NCBI GenBank assembly: GCA_937958885.1
Contig: CALGMT010000047.1
Location: forward strand, 24,931 to 88,930
DNA length: 64,000 nt
Reading direction: 5' to 3'
From: an uncultured bacterium
GTDB lineage: Bacteria; Verrucomicrobiota; Kiritimatiellia; CAIVKH01
Position numbers and translations under genes: made by a program. Shown here piece after piece: positions 1-8,255 of this stretch. Every line of letters starts with the position of its first letter. Within the stretch, counting starts at the first letter, position 1. The notes beneath the pieces were generated by a model. That model was not told the DNA's origin. It worked only from the letters and a program-made list of their open reading frames with translations, and did not search any database.

Positions 1-1227
1 AACGCCTACGCGCGGGGCGAGCTGCCGGACTACCAGATGGCCGCCATGGCGATGGCGATTTATCTGAAGGGCATGACGCCCAAAGAGACCGCGGTGCTCA
101 CCGACGCGATGATGCGCTCCGGCGATCTTGTGGATACCTCGTCGATCCGCAAGCCAAAGGTGGACAAACACTCCACCGGCGGCATTGGCGACAAGGTCTC
201 GCTGGTGCTCGCGCCGCTGGTCGCCGTCTGCGGTCTCGCCGTCCCGATGATCTCGGGGCGCGGACTCGGCATCACCGGCGGCACGCTCGACAAGCTCGAA
301 TCCATTCCCGGCTATCGCACCAATCTCTCGGAAGCAGAGTTCATCGCCGTCATCAAGGAAGTCGGCTGCTCGATTATCGGCCAGACCAAGCAGCTCGCGC
401 CGGCGGATAAGAAGCTCTACGCGCTTCGCGACGTGACAGGCACCGTCGCGTCGATCCCGCTGATCACCGCGAGCATCATGTGCAAAAAACTCGCCGAGGG
501 CATTGACGCGCTGGTGCTCGACGTCAAGTGCGGCAAAGGCGCGTTCATGCGAACGCAGAAAGACGCCCGCGCGCTCGCGTTGAGCATGGTCCGCGTCGGC
601 AAGGCCATGGGCAAAGGCATGGCGGCGCTGATCACGGACATGAACCAGCCGCTCGGCCGGACCGCCGGCAACGTGCTGGAAGTCATCGAGTCTATCGAGA
701 CGCTGCAGGGCCGAGGTCCGGCGGATTTGACGGAGCTCACGCTCGCGTTCGCTGAAGAGATGATGCGACTCGGCAAGATTGCAAAATCGAAGGCCGCCGC
801 GCGCAAGCAACTCGAAACCGCTCTGCGCGATGGCTCCGCCCTCCGCGCCTTCCGTCGCATGGTTGAGCTGCAGGGCGGCGATGTGCGCGTCATCGACGAT
901 CCGGCACGGCTGCCGCGCGCTCGCATACAAGTCCCCCTCCCCGCGCCCTCCAGCGGCTACATCGCGCAAGCCGACGCGGAATCCATCGGCAAGGCCTGCG
1001 TGGTGCTGGGCGCGGGCCGGACGCGCACGGATGAAGCGGTCGATTTCGCCGTCGGCGTTTCGAGCATTCGTAAGATTGGAGAGCCGGTGCGGAAGGGCGA
1101 ACCCCTGCTCATCATCCACGCAAACGACGAGGCGCGCTTGTCGCAGGCGAAGGAATTGCTGAAAATCGCCTACCGCATCGCAAAATCAAAACCGCGCGTC
1201 CCGCGCCTGATACTAGAGCGGATTTAG
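1..1227 (+). CDS. deoA: Thymidine/pyrimidine-nucleoside phosphorylase (5' end lies upstream of the window)
   Basis: Frame 1 is open from nt 1. Motifs KHSTGGIGDK, SGRGLGITGGTLDKLESIPG and LYALRDVTGTV are typical of the family. First gene of a salvage operon with PNP and cdd. Confidence 0.9.
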   Translation, partial: NAYARGELPDYQMAAMAMAIYLKGMTPKETAVLTDAMMRSGDLVDTSSIRKPKVDKHSTGGIGDKVSLVLAPLVAVCGLAVPMISGRGLGITGGTLDKLESIPGYRTNLSEAEFIAVIKEVGCSIIGQTKQLAPADKKLYALRDVTGTVASIPLITASIMCKKLAEGIDALVLDVKCGKGAFMRTQKDARALALSMVRVGKAMGKGMAALITDMNQPLGRTAGNVLEVIESIETLQGRGPADLTELTLAFAEEMMRLGKIAKSKAAARKQLETALRDGSALRAFRRMVELQGGDVRVIDDPARLPRARIQVPLPAPSSGYIAQADAESIGKACVVLGAGRTRTDEAVDFAVGVSSIRKIGEPVRKGEPLLIIHANDEARLSQAKELLKIAYRIAKSKPRVPRLILERI

Positions 1228-1281
1228 GCGCGGCGATGGAGCAAACTGTGCGCCGAATGTAGAGCCCAAAGGAGACCTCTC

Positions 1282-2118
1282 ATGATCGACCGCAAACAAC
1301 TTGAGAAGGCGTTGGCCTACGTGCGCGGGCAGTGGCCGAGCGCACAGCCGGAAATGGGCCTTATTCTGGGTTCCGGATGGAGCGAGGTGGTCGACGCATT
1401 TAATGTCGCCGCGTCCATCCCTTACGAGGACATTCCCGGTCTCGGCAAAACCGGTGTGGTCGGGCATGCCGGACGCCTCGTGCTGGCGGAGTCGTCCGGA
1501 ATTGAAACGCTGATTTTCCAGGGGCGCCGCCACTTTTACGAGGGCGTCGGCTGGACGCCGATCGCGCTTCCGGTGTTCATGCTCAAATCCTTCGGCGCGC
1601 GCGGCGTGTTGATTACCAATGCCGCCGGCGGCGTCCGCTCCGACCTCGTCACGGGGAAGCTGATGATTATCGAAGACCACATCAATTTTCTCGGCGCCAA
1701 TCCGCTGGTCGGCCCGCACGACGATTTCTGGGGTCCGCGCTTTCCGGATCAATCCGAGGTGTACGACGTGACCCTGCGCCGACTGCTCACGCTCGCCGGG
1801 CGCGACGAAGGAGAAGAACTGCCGACGGGTGTGTATCTTGCCGATTCGGGGCCGACTTATGAATCGCCCGCTGAAATCCGCGCGTTCAAGGCCCTTGGCG
1901 CCGATGCGGTCGGCATGTCCACCGTGCCCGAAGCGCTCCTTGCGAAGGCCGCCGGATTGCGCGTCGCCGGGTTGTCGTGCATCACCAACAGCGCCGCCGG
2001 CATCAGCGCGACGCCGTTGAGCCACGAAGAGGTCACCGAGGCCACGCGCAACGCCATGTCGCGGATGAAACGCATCGTGTTGAATTTCTGGCGGGAGGTC
2101 GCGCGTGAAGGAATCTAA
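1282..2118 (+). CDS. punA: Purine nucleoside phosphorylase (trimeric PNP type)
   Basis: 278 aa. AAAGGAG RBS lies 8 nt upstream. Motifs GHAGRLV, GRRHFYEG, ITNAAGG, MSTVPE. Confidence 0.9.
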   Translation: MIDRKQLEKALAYVRGQWPSAQPEMGLILGSGWSEVVDAFNVAASIPYEDIPGLGKTGVVGHAGRLVLAESSGIETLIFQGRRHFYEGVGWTPIALPVFMLKSFGARGVLITNAAGGVRSDLVTGKLMIIEDHINFLGANPLVGPHDDFWGPRFPDQSEVYDVTLRRLLTLAGRDEGEELPTGVYLADSGPTYESPAEIRAFKALGADAVGMSTVPEALLAKAAGLRVAGLSCITNSAAGISATPLSHEEVTEATRNAMSRMKRIVLNFWREVAREGI

Positions 2119-2527
2119 TCGAATGCACCTCCCACGACCGACCGCATTGAAATTGCTCAGAGCGGCAACAGCGGTTTCAAAACGGGCGCATGCGCCCTAC
2201 TCCCGATTCCAAGTGGGCGCCGCGCTGCTGGCGCACGATGGAACGATATTCACCGGCTGCAACGTGGAGAACGCTTCATACGGGCTTACCATCTGCGCGG
2301 AGCGGAACGCGATCTTTCACGCCGTCGCATCGGGGCGCCGCCGGTTCACCGCGATCGCCATTGTGGCGAGCGGCGCGTCGATGCCCTATCCCTGCGGCGC
2401 ATGCCGACAAGTGCTGGCCGAGTTCGGTGACGCCGGCCTGATCGTCTTGATGGCGCCGCGCGCAACACTTGCGCGCTACGAGAGCTACACGCTGGGCGAA
2501 TTGCTCCCGCACACGTTTCAGTTTTAG
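2105..2527 (+). CDS. cdd: Cytidine deaminase
   Basis: Zinc-ligand motifs CAERNAIF and PCGACRQVLAEF. GTG 2105 overlaps the PNP gene by 14 nt; an alternative ATG at 2123 gives 134 aa. Confidence 0.88.
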   Translation: MKESNRMHLPRPTALKLLRAATAVSKRAHAPYSRFQVGAALLAHDGTIFTGCNVENASYGLTICAERNAIFHAVASGRRRFTAIAIVASGASMPYPCGACRQVLAEFGDAGLIVLMAPRATLARYESYTLGELLPHTFQF

Positions 2528-2575
2528 CCGCCCTGCTGGAATCGATCGGGCCGCCCGCGGCGGGCGCGCGCGGCG

Positions 2576-3883
2576 TCAGCCGTTATCGGTCAACTTGCCG
2601 TGGAGGAAGGCTTCGTAAGAAGCCAGATCGAGCAAGCCGTGGCCGCAGAGATTGAAGAGGATCACCTTTTTTTGCCCTTCCTCCTTCGCCTTCTTTGCCT
2701 CGTCGATTACCGTCGCGATCGCATGAGAAGGTTCGGGCGCAGGAATAAGTCCTTCGGTCCGAGCAAAAGTCACGGCGCTCTCGAAGACTCGGGTTTGCGG
2801 TTGGGCGACGGCCTCGATCAGGCCGAGTTTATAGGCGTGGCTCACCATCGGCGCCATGCCGTGATAGCGCAGACCGCCGGCGTGAATCCGCGGCGGGATG
2901 AAGTCGTGGCCCAGCGTGTGCATCATCATCAGCGGCGTCATGCATGCGGTATCGCCGAAATCGTATCGCAATTCTCCCTTTGTTAGTGAGGCGCACGCGG
3001 ACGGCTCGACGGCGATGATGCGATAGTTCTTCTTACCTGCCAGTTTGCGACCCAGCCACGGGAAGGTCATGCCGGCAAAATTGCTTCCGCCGCCGACGCA
3101 GCCGATGATGATATCGGGTTCCTCCCCCGCCAGTTCCATCTGGCGGATCGCCTCCTGCCCGATCACCGTCTGATGCAGGCAGACGTGATTCAGCACGCTG
3201 CCGAGCGCGTATTTGGTGTGCGGGTGTTTCAACGTATCTTCGAGCGCCTCGCTGATCGCGATGCCGAGGCTGCCGGGGCAGTCGGGATCCTGGTCGAGGA
3301 TTTTTCGTCCGAACTCGGTCAGGCGCGTCGGACTCGGATGCACTGTGCTTCCATAGGTATGCATCACCATCTTGCGATAGGGCTTCTGGTCGTAGCTGAC
3401 GCGGACCATATAGACGACGCATTCAAGCCCGAACAATTTGCACGCGAGCGCGAGCGAGGAGCCCCACTGGCCCGCGCCGGTTTCGGTCACGAGGCGTTTG
3501 ACCCCGGCTTCGCGGTTGTAGTAGGCCTGCGCGACGGCGCTGTTGGGTTTATGGCTTCCGGCGGGGCTGACGCCTTCGTACTTGTAATAGATGTGAGCCG
3601 GCGTATCGAGCGCGCGCTCAAGCCGCACCGCGCGGAGCAGCGGAGTCGGTCGCCACAGCGCATAAATGTCGCGCACCTCGTCGGGCACTTCTATGTAGCG
3701 ATCCGGACACATCTCCTGGCGGACGATATTCTCCGGGAAAATGGCGGTCATATCGGACAGACCGACCGGCTGCCTGGTGCCGGGATGCAGCGGCGGCGGC
3801 AGCGGTTCCGGAAAGTCTGCGAGCAGATTGTACCAGCGTTCAGGAATGTCTTTTTGTTCAAGCGAAATGCGCAGCGTCGTCAT
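2576..3883 (-). CDS. trpB: Tryptophan synthase beta-like PLP enzyme, stand-alone TrpB2 class
   Basis: GSHKPN PLP-lysine motif, a GGGSN loop and a long N-terminal extension. No trpA or other trp genes nearby. ATG 3883 is preceded by GGAGGA (the track ORF begins 3 nt earlier at TTG 3886). Confidence 0.88.
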   Translation of the reverse strand: MTTLRISLEQKDIPERWYNLLADFPEPLPPPLHPGTRQPVGLSDMTAIFPENIVRQEMCPDRYIEVPDEVRDIYALWRPTPLLRAVRLERALDTPAHIYYKYEGVSPAGSHKPNSAVAQAYYNREAGVKRLVTETGAGQWGSSLALACKLFGLECVVYMVRVSYDQKPYRKMVMHTYGSTVHPSPTRLTEFGRKILDQDPDCPGSLGIAISEALEDTLKHPHTKYALGSVLNHVCLHQTVIGQEAIRQMELAGEEPDIIIGCVGGGSNFAGMTFPWLGRKLAGKKNYRIIAVEPSACASLTKGELRYDFGDTACMTPLMMMHTLGHDFIPPRIHAGGLRYHGMAPMVSHAYKLGLIEAVAQPQTRVFESAVTFARTEGLIPAPEPSHAIATVIDEAKKAKEEGQKKVILFNLCGHGLLDLASYEAFLHGKLTDNG

Positions 3884-3964
3884 CAATTCTTCCTCCGAAA
3901 TAGCCCGAGCAGCCTACCAGTCCCTTGCCGTCCGCTCCACCAGGAAAACCACCCCCGCCACCTC

Positions 3965-4327
3965 AAAAGGGGTCAGTCCTTTATTCATGACGGAAAGGGG
4001 TCAGTTCTTTAGGTACTGCCCAAAAGGGGTCGTGCCCAAAAGGGGTCGGTCCTTTATTCTTGATGTCGATGGTCGGCATCCTTGCCCGAAGGAGAAAAAG
4101 CATATTAGTACATTAGTACATTCTCGCGCGCAGGCGACGGCGCGCCGTGTCACTCGCATCGCTAAATGCCTAAACAGCGCGATTTATCGTGATTCGATTT
4201 CCTGTGTCCACGCGTTATGCCCGGACTTCGCCGAGTATACCTATTTCAATAATGTTAAAATTCAGCGTCTGACCCCTTCAAGACTTCACCTTCAAGAATG
4301 TTAACATTCATCGTCTGACCCCTTTTT
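3965..4327. repeat. Repeat-dense, AT-richer part of the intergenic spacer: six AAAGGGGTC / GACCCCTT cores, paired 26-mers and 28-mers, a 16-bp tandem and a 14-bp palindrome
   Basis: Cores lie at 3965, 3994, 4022, 4038 (+) and 4269, 4315 (inverted). A 26-mer occurs at 3965-3990 and 4038-4063 (24/26). TGCCCAAAAGGGGTCG is repeated in tandem at 4017-4048. A 28-mer occurs at 4251-4278 and 4297-4324 (26/28). GAATGTTAACATTC spans 4296-4309. ATTAGTAC x2.4 spans 4104-4122. Confidence 0.85.
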
Positions 4328-4356
4328 AGATGCGGGCAATTAACGCGATTTTGCGG

Positions 4357-5562
4357 TTAGCCTGAGGACGCTTCAAGGGCTTCGCGGATGGAACAGCAGA
4401 GATATTCCAGATTGCCCGGCGTGATGCCGGCAACGTTGATTCGGCCGCCTCCAACGATGTAAATGCTCTTCTTTTCGCGAAGATAGCGCACTTGAGGGTC
4501 GGTCAGCCCGCTGAAGGAGAACATTCCCTTCTGACGGGCAATGAATTCGAAATCGCCAGGGACCCCATGGTGCGCAAGCGCATCGACGAAGGTCCGACGC
4601 GTGCGCGCGATGTGCTCGCGCATGGCGGTGAGTTCCCCTTCCCACTTCGCGCGCCGCGCAGGATCGGACAGGATCGTGGATACAATCAATCCACCGTGCG
4701 CGGGCGGATTGGAGTAGTTGACGCGAACGGCGATCTCGACGTGGCTGAAGGCCGCGGCGGCTTGCGCGGCGTCCGCGGCGATCAGCGTCAGCGCACCGGT
4801 GCGGTCCTGGTAAAGGCCGAAGTTCTTCGAGAATGAACTGGCGACCAGTAGTTCGGGGCACGCGGAGGCGAGCGCGAGCAGCCCCGCGCGGTCTTCCTGC
4901 AGTCCGTCGCCGTAACCCTGATAGGCGAAATCGAGGAACGGCATCCAGCCGCGGCGCGCGGCCAGCGTGGCAACTTCCGCCCACTGGCCGGCGGTCAAAT
5001 CGACGCCTGTCGGGTTATGGCAGCACGCGTGCAACAGCACGATGTCGCCCGCAGGCACCGAATCCAGCGCGGCGAGCATCTTGTCGAGCGCAAGGCCTTT
5101 GGAAACCGGATCGTAGTAGGGATATTCCTTCACCGCGAATCCGGCTGCCTGGAATACGCCTTTGTGATTGGCCCATGTGGGGCTGCTCACCCAGACGGCA
5201 GCGTTAGACGCGAATTTTTTCAGGAAATCAGCTCCCACGCGAAGCGCTGCAGTGCCACCGGGCGTGTGCGCGGTCTGCGCACGGTTTGCGGCGAGAATGG
5301 GATGGTCCGCGCCCAGGATCATTTCCTGCACGAGGCGGCGGTATTCCGGCGCGCCGGCGATCGGCATGTAGGATTTGGTGGACGCGGTGGACAGGATGTG
5401 CGCTTCGGCGTCTTTCACCGATTCGAGTATCGGCGTGCGGCCCTTGGCGTCTTTAAAAACGCCGGCGCCGAGATTGATCTTGGACGGATTCGGATCGTTC
5501 TTCCACGCTTCGGTTAGACCGAGAATGGCATCGGGGGGAGCGGGCGTGATGTCGCGGAACAT
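4357..5562 (-). CDS. aspC: Aspartate/aromatic amino acid aminotransferase (class I, AspC/TyrB type)
   Basis: 401 aa. N-terminus has PDAILGLTEAW; also CCHNPTG, SFSKNFGLY (PLP lysine) and GRINVAG. Confidence 0.9.
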   Translation of the reverse strand: MFRDITPAPPDAILGLTEAWKNDPNPSKINLGAGVFKDAKGRTPILESVKDAEAHILSTASTKSYMPIAGAPEYRRLVQEMILGADHPILAANRAQTAHTPGGTAALRVGADFLKKFASNAAVWVSSPTWANHKGVFQAAGFAVKEYPYYDPVSKGLALDKMLAALDSVPAGDIVLLHACCHNPTGVDLTAGQWAEVATLAARRGWMPFLDFAYQGYGDGLQEDRAGLLALASACPELLVASSFSKNFGLYQDRTGALTLIAADAAQAAAAFSHVEIAVRVNYSNPPAHGGLIVSTILSDPARRAKWEGELTAMREHIARTRRTFVDALAHHGVPGDFEFIARQKGMFSFSGLTDPQVRYLREKKSIYIVGGGRINVAGITPGNLEYLCCSIREALEASSG

Positions 5563-5582
5563 GGCGGCTGCCTCGGGGCGGT

Positions 5583-6746
5583 TCAGGCGTAGTACTTTTC
5601 AGTGTACCAGCGAATCCAGTCTTCTTCCGGTTTCACGATGCGCATTTCGCGCTGCGCGTTTTCCGGCGAGTCTGAAGCGTGGGCGGCGTTGATCATGATG
5701 TCGCGACCAAACTCTTTGCGGACCGAGCCGGGCTCGGCCTTGCTCGGATCGGTCGGACCGAGAATCTTTCGGATTTTTTCTACCGCGTTGACGCCTGAGT
5801 AGATCAGCACGAGGCTCTTGTGGCGGCCAGGCTGATTTTTTTGCTCTGAGGTCAAGCCGACCGGCGAGACGCCGGTCATGAACTCGATGATCTGATTGAA
5901 TTGGATGTCGCCGAACACGGGGCCGAGATGCTCGCCGACCGCATGACGCGCGGCTTCGGGGATGTGGAAGCCCATCTCGCGCTCCAGCGCATCGCCCCCG
6001 CGCTTGGCCATCACGGCCTTCATCTTCTCGCGCAATACGGGGCGAACCGGGCCGTAGAACTCCTCGGCTTGCGCGACAGTCATTCGGTTCACCTTCGCCG
6101 CGATAATCCGCAGACCGGAGCGGGAGAAGATGTCGATAATGTTGCCGGGTCGCGAACTGGGGAATGTAAAATTATCCGGCTTGATGATGACGAGGGTCTG
6201 CTGCACGTCGCCGGCGCTGCTGACATCGTGCGCTTGCGCAACGAGCCCGCCGTCTGACTCCGCGTATGCGGCCCACAAGCGAAGCGCCGCGGATACCGTC
6301 TCGCGGGATCGGGCGATCATCACCGCGGGTTCGACGTAGGTCACGTTGCCCGCTTCGTCCACAATGTAGTCGCCATAGGTGTCGCGCACGGTTTCGCCGG
6401 AGTAGGCGTGCGGGCGCAGCGAACCCACCGCGTCGCGCACCTTGGCAATCGCGTCCTCGCCCTCGAATAGCAGCAACATTACGCGGCGGCGATGTCCGGA
6501 TTTTGCGTCGGGGCTGTATGCGTGCAGCACATAGTTGGAGAGCAAGGCGCGCTCTTCCGGCTTCACGTCTTCGGCATTCCGGATCAGATCGGCGTACTGC
6601 CGGACTAATTCCGAACTCGGCCCGTACATCCGTGCGGCGACCAGCTCCAGCCCGGTGCGGGTCATGATGCGGCCGATCACGCCGCCGGTGCGGGATTTGG
6701 CGATGGTGTAGGGATTGATCAGACAGAATGCGACTTCGAGCGCCAT
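5583..6746 (-). CDS. Tandem-domain nucleoside-diphosphate-kinase-like protein (degenerate N-terminal NDK fold plus an apparently active C-terminal NDK with an insertion)
   Basis: C-terminal half has TLVIIKPDNF, GLRIIAAKV..MTVAQAEEFY, GPTDPSKAEPGSVRKEFG and NAAHASDS (catalytic His). N-terminal half is NDK-like (FCLINPYTIAKSRTGGVIGRI, GETVRDTYG) but lacks the His motif. Confidence 0.8.
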   Translation of the reverse strand: MALEVAFCLINPYTIAKSRTGGVIGRIMTRTGLELVAARMYGPSSELVRQYADLIRNAEDVKPEERALLSNYVLHAYSPDAKSGHRRRVMLLLFEGEDAIAKVRDAVGSLRPHAYSGETVRDTYGDYIVDEAGNVTYVEPAVMIARSRETVSAALRLWAAYAESDGGLVAQAHDVSSAGDVQQTLVIIKPDNFTFPSSRPGNIIDIFSRSGLRIIAAKVNRMTVAQAEEFYGPVRPVLREKMKAVMAKRGGDALEREMGFHIPEAARHAVGEHLGPVFGDIQFNQIIEFMTGVSPVGLTSEQKNQPGRHKSLVLIYSGVNAVEKIRKILGPTDPSKAEPGSVRKEFGRDIMINAAHASDSPENAQREMRIVKPEEDWIRWYTEKYYA

Positions 6747-6842
6747 ACGACCTCCATAAAAAACGATCGTACCCTATGCGTCGGAACCCGTGCGATCAAG
6801 CGCGGACTTGGCAAATCGGACGCGCTCCGCGAGCATGGCGAC

Positions 6843-8051
6843 ATGCGCAAACGGGCCCAGATCCGCCAGGTGGAGGCGTGTCTTGAAGTACAGCGCGAGG
6901 TCGGTTCGCGTGTCCGACAGGGTGTGCCGGCGGATGCCGCACTTGCAGAAATTTTTCGCGGCGCGCGCCATTACGGTTCGCGCGACCGACGATTCTTCTC
7001 CGCCGCGATCTTCGCCGAATTCCGCTGGCGCGGATGGGTGCGGCGAATTGGAGATTCCCGACTACAACTCGCCGTCGCACTGGCGCTCGACGGCCAGCGC
7101 GATTATGCCCGCGCGCTGGCGGAGCACCCCGCCCTTGAAGCAGATCCGCCTGCCGCGCTACGCGAGAAGTCCGCATGGATTCGCCGCGCCTTTCCAGAGG
7201 CCGCTCCGGCACACATCGATGAGCTGGTCCCCGAATGGACGTTCGACGCAATTCCCAGCGATGGCGCGCCTGCATTTGTCGAGCGTTACGTCGAATCTAT
7301 CCAACAGCGGCCGCCGTTGTGGTTGCGCGCGCGGCACGGCGAGGCGGAGTCGGTCTGCGAGCAATTGCGCGCGGCGGGTTTCGACTGCTCCGCAGACCCG
7401 CGATTGCCCGGCGCGGTGCGCGTCGAGGGTTGGCCCGGATCGGGCGTGCTTACCCCTTTGCTACACCGAAGCGCCGAAATACAGGATTGGGCCTCGCAGC
7501 GCGTGGGCCGCCTGTGCGCGGCGCGCGCGGGCGAACACTGGTGGGATGTCTGCGCAGGCGCGGGCGGGAAGTCGCTGCACCTGCTTGAGCAATTGAAGGG
7601 AACCGGCTCCGTCCTCTGCACTGATATTCGCCCGCGCGTCCTTGAGGAATTGAAGCGCCGCGCGAGCGCCGCCGGCTATCGCAACTGGACCGCCCGCCTC
7701 CTCGAGGACGAGGTCTTCGAGGATGTTCGATTCGACGGCATTCTGATCGACGCGCCCTGCTCGGGAACCGGAACGTGGAACCGAAATCCGGATGCGCGTT
7801 GGCGCACGGCGCGCGAAGACCTCACTCGCTACCGCGATCAGCAAATCGCTTTGCTCCAGCGCGCACTCCCGCGATTGAAGTCCGGTGGCCGCTTGATCTA
7901 CGCCGTGTGCTCGCTCACGCGAACCGAAACGAACGACGTCCTCACCGCCCTCCTGAACGCCACCCCAATCGCCGTTGAATCCACTCTCCGAATTGACCCC
8001 GCAAGCGGCCCGTGCATCGGAATGTGGGCTGCGGAGATAAAAACAAAATAA
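6843..8051 (+). CDS. rRNA (cytosine-C5)-methyltransferase, NOL1/NOP2/Sun family (RsmB/RsmF-like)
   Basis: SAM motif DVCAGAGGKS. Catalytic motifs DAPCSGTGTWNRNPD and LIYAVCSLT. Confidence 0.85.
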   Translation: MRKRAQIRQVEACLEVQREVGSRVRQGVPADAALAEIFRGARHYGSRDRRFFSAAIFAEFRWRGWVRRIGDSRLQLAVALALDGQRDYARALAEHPALEADPPAALREKSAWIRRAFPEAAPAHIDELVPEWTFDAIPSDGAPAFVERYVESIQQRPPLWLRARHGEAESVCEQLRAAGFDCSADPRLPGAVRVEGWPGSGVLTPLLHRSAEIQDWASQRVGRLCAARAGEHWWDVCAGAGGKSLHLLEQLKGTGSVLCTDIRPRVLEELKRRASAAGYRNWTARLLEDEVFEDVRFDGILIDAPCSGTGTWNRNPDARWRTAREDLTRYRDQQIALLQRALPRLKSGGRLIYAVCSLTRTETNDVLTALLNATPIAVESTLRIDPASGPCIGMWAAEIKTK

Positions 8052-8053
8052 GA

Positions 8054-8093
8054 CATATTTGTAATTTTTTGATACTATATATCCATATTTGTA
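8054..8093 (+). promoter_or_regulatory. Direct repeat CATATTTGTA x2, exactly 30 bp apart, in an AT-rich leader; candidate operator
   Basis: Copies at 8054-8063 and 8084-8093. A third partial copy TTTGTAAT lies at 8148-8155. All are upstream of the OmpR-type regulator gene. Confidence 0.3.
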
Positions 8094-8255
8094 CTATATT
8101 ATGAGATTATTGTGTGGGGCTTACGCAACAGATTGAATTATATTCTCTTTGTAATCATTAATTTATACATTCAAAACATAGTGGTCTCAAATATGGCACG
8201 ACTCATGCATACCGAAGTAACCCGATCCAGCGGATCACATAAGGAGTTTACGAAC

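Noticed and set aside
3914-3988. A 24-codon upstream ORF (MNKGLTPFEVAGVVFLVERTARDW) ending with a Trp codon 27 nt before trpB2, considered as a possible tryptophan attenuation leader. A second 32-codon ORF (4073 down to 3975) repeats the TPF motif.
   Set aside because: It has a single Trp codon and no tandem Trp. I could not find alternative terminator/antiterminator hairpins or a U-tract. The ATG and the first codons are simply part of the repeated 26-mer DNA motif, so the peptide similarity is a by-product of the DNA repeat.
6747-6842. A sigma54-like TGGCAA-N-ACGC element in the divergent spacer between the NDK-like and rRNA methyltransferase genes.
   Set aside because: The GG/GC spacing is off by one from the -24/-12 consensus, the -12 element is weak, and no enhancer-binding protein gene is nearby.
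8066-8110. A dif-like sequence (TATATTATG core resembling the XerD-arm junction of known dif sites) in the AT-rich leader, noticed because both xerC and xerD are in the window.
   Set aside because: Only about 6 of 11 positions of the XerD arm match, and essentially none of the XerC arm. AT-rich DNA gives such partial matches by chance. GC-skew or terminus information is not available from one window.
8112-8255. A 48-codon N-terminal extension of the regulator ORF as given in the track (GTG 8112).
   Set aside because: It lies in nearly pure A/T sequence with no RBS, and it translates to an implausible Ile/Asn/Leu-rich peptide. ATG 8256 has a well-spaced AAGGAG.
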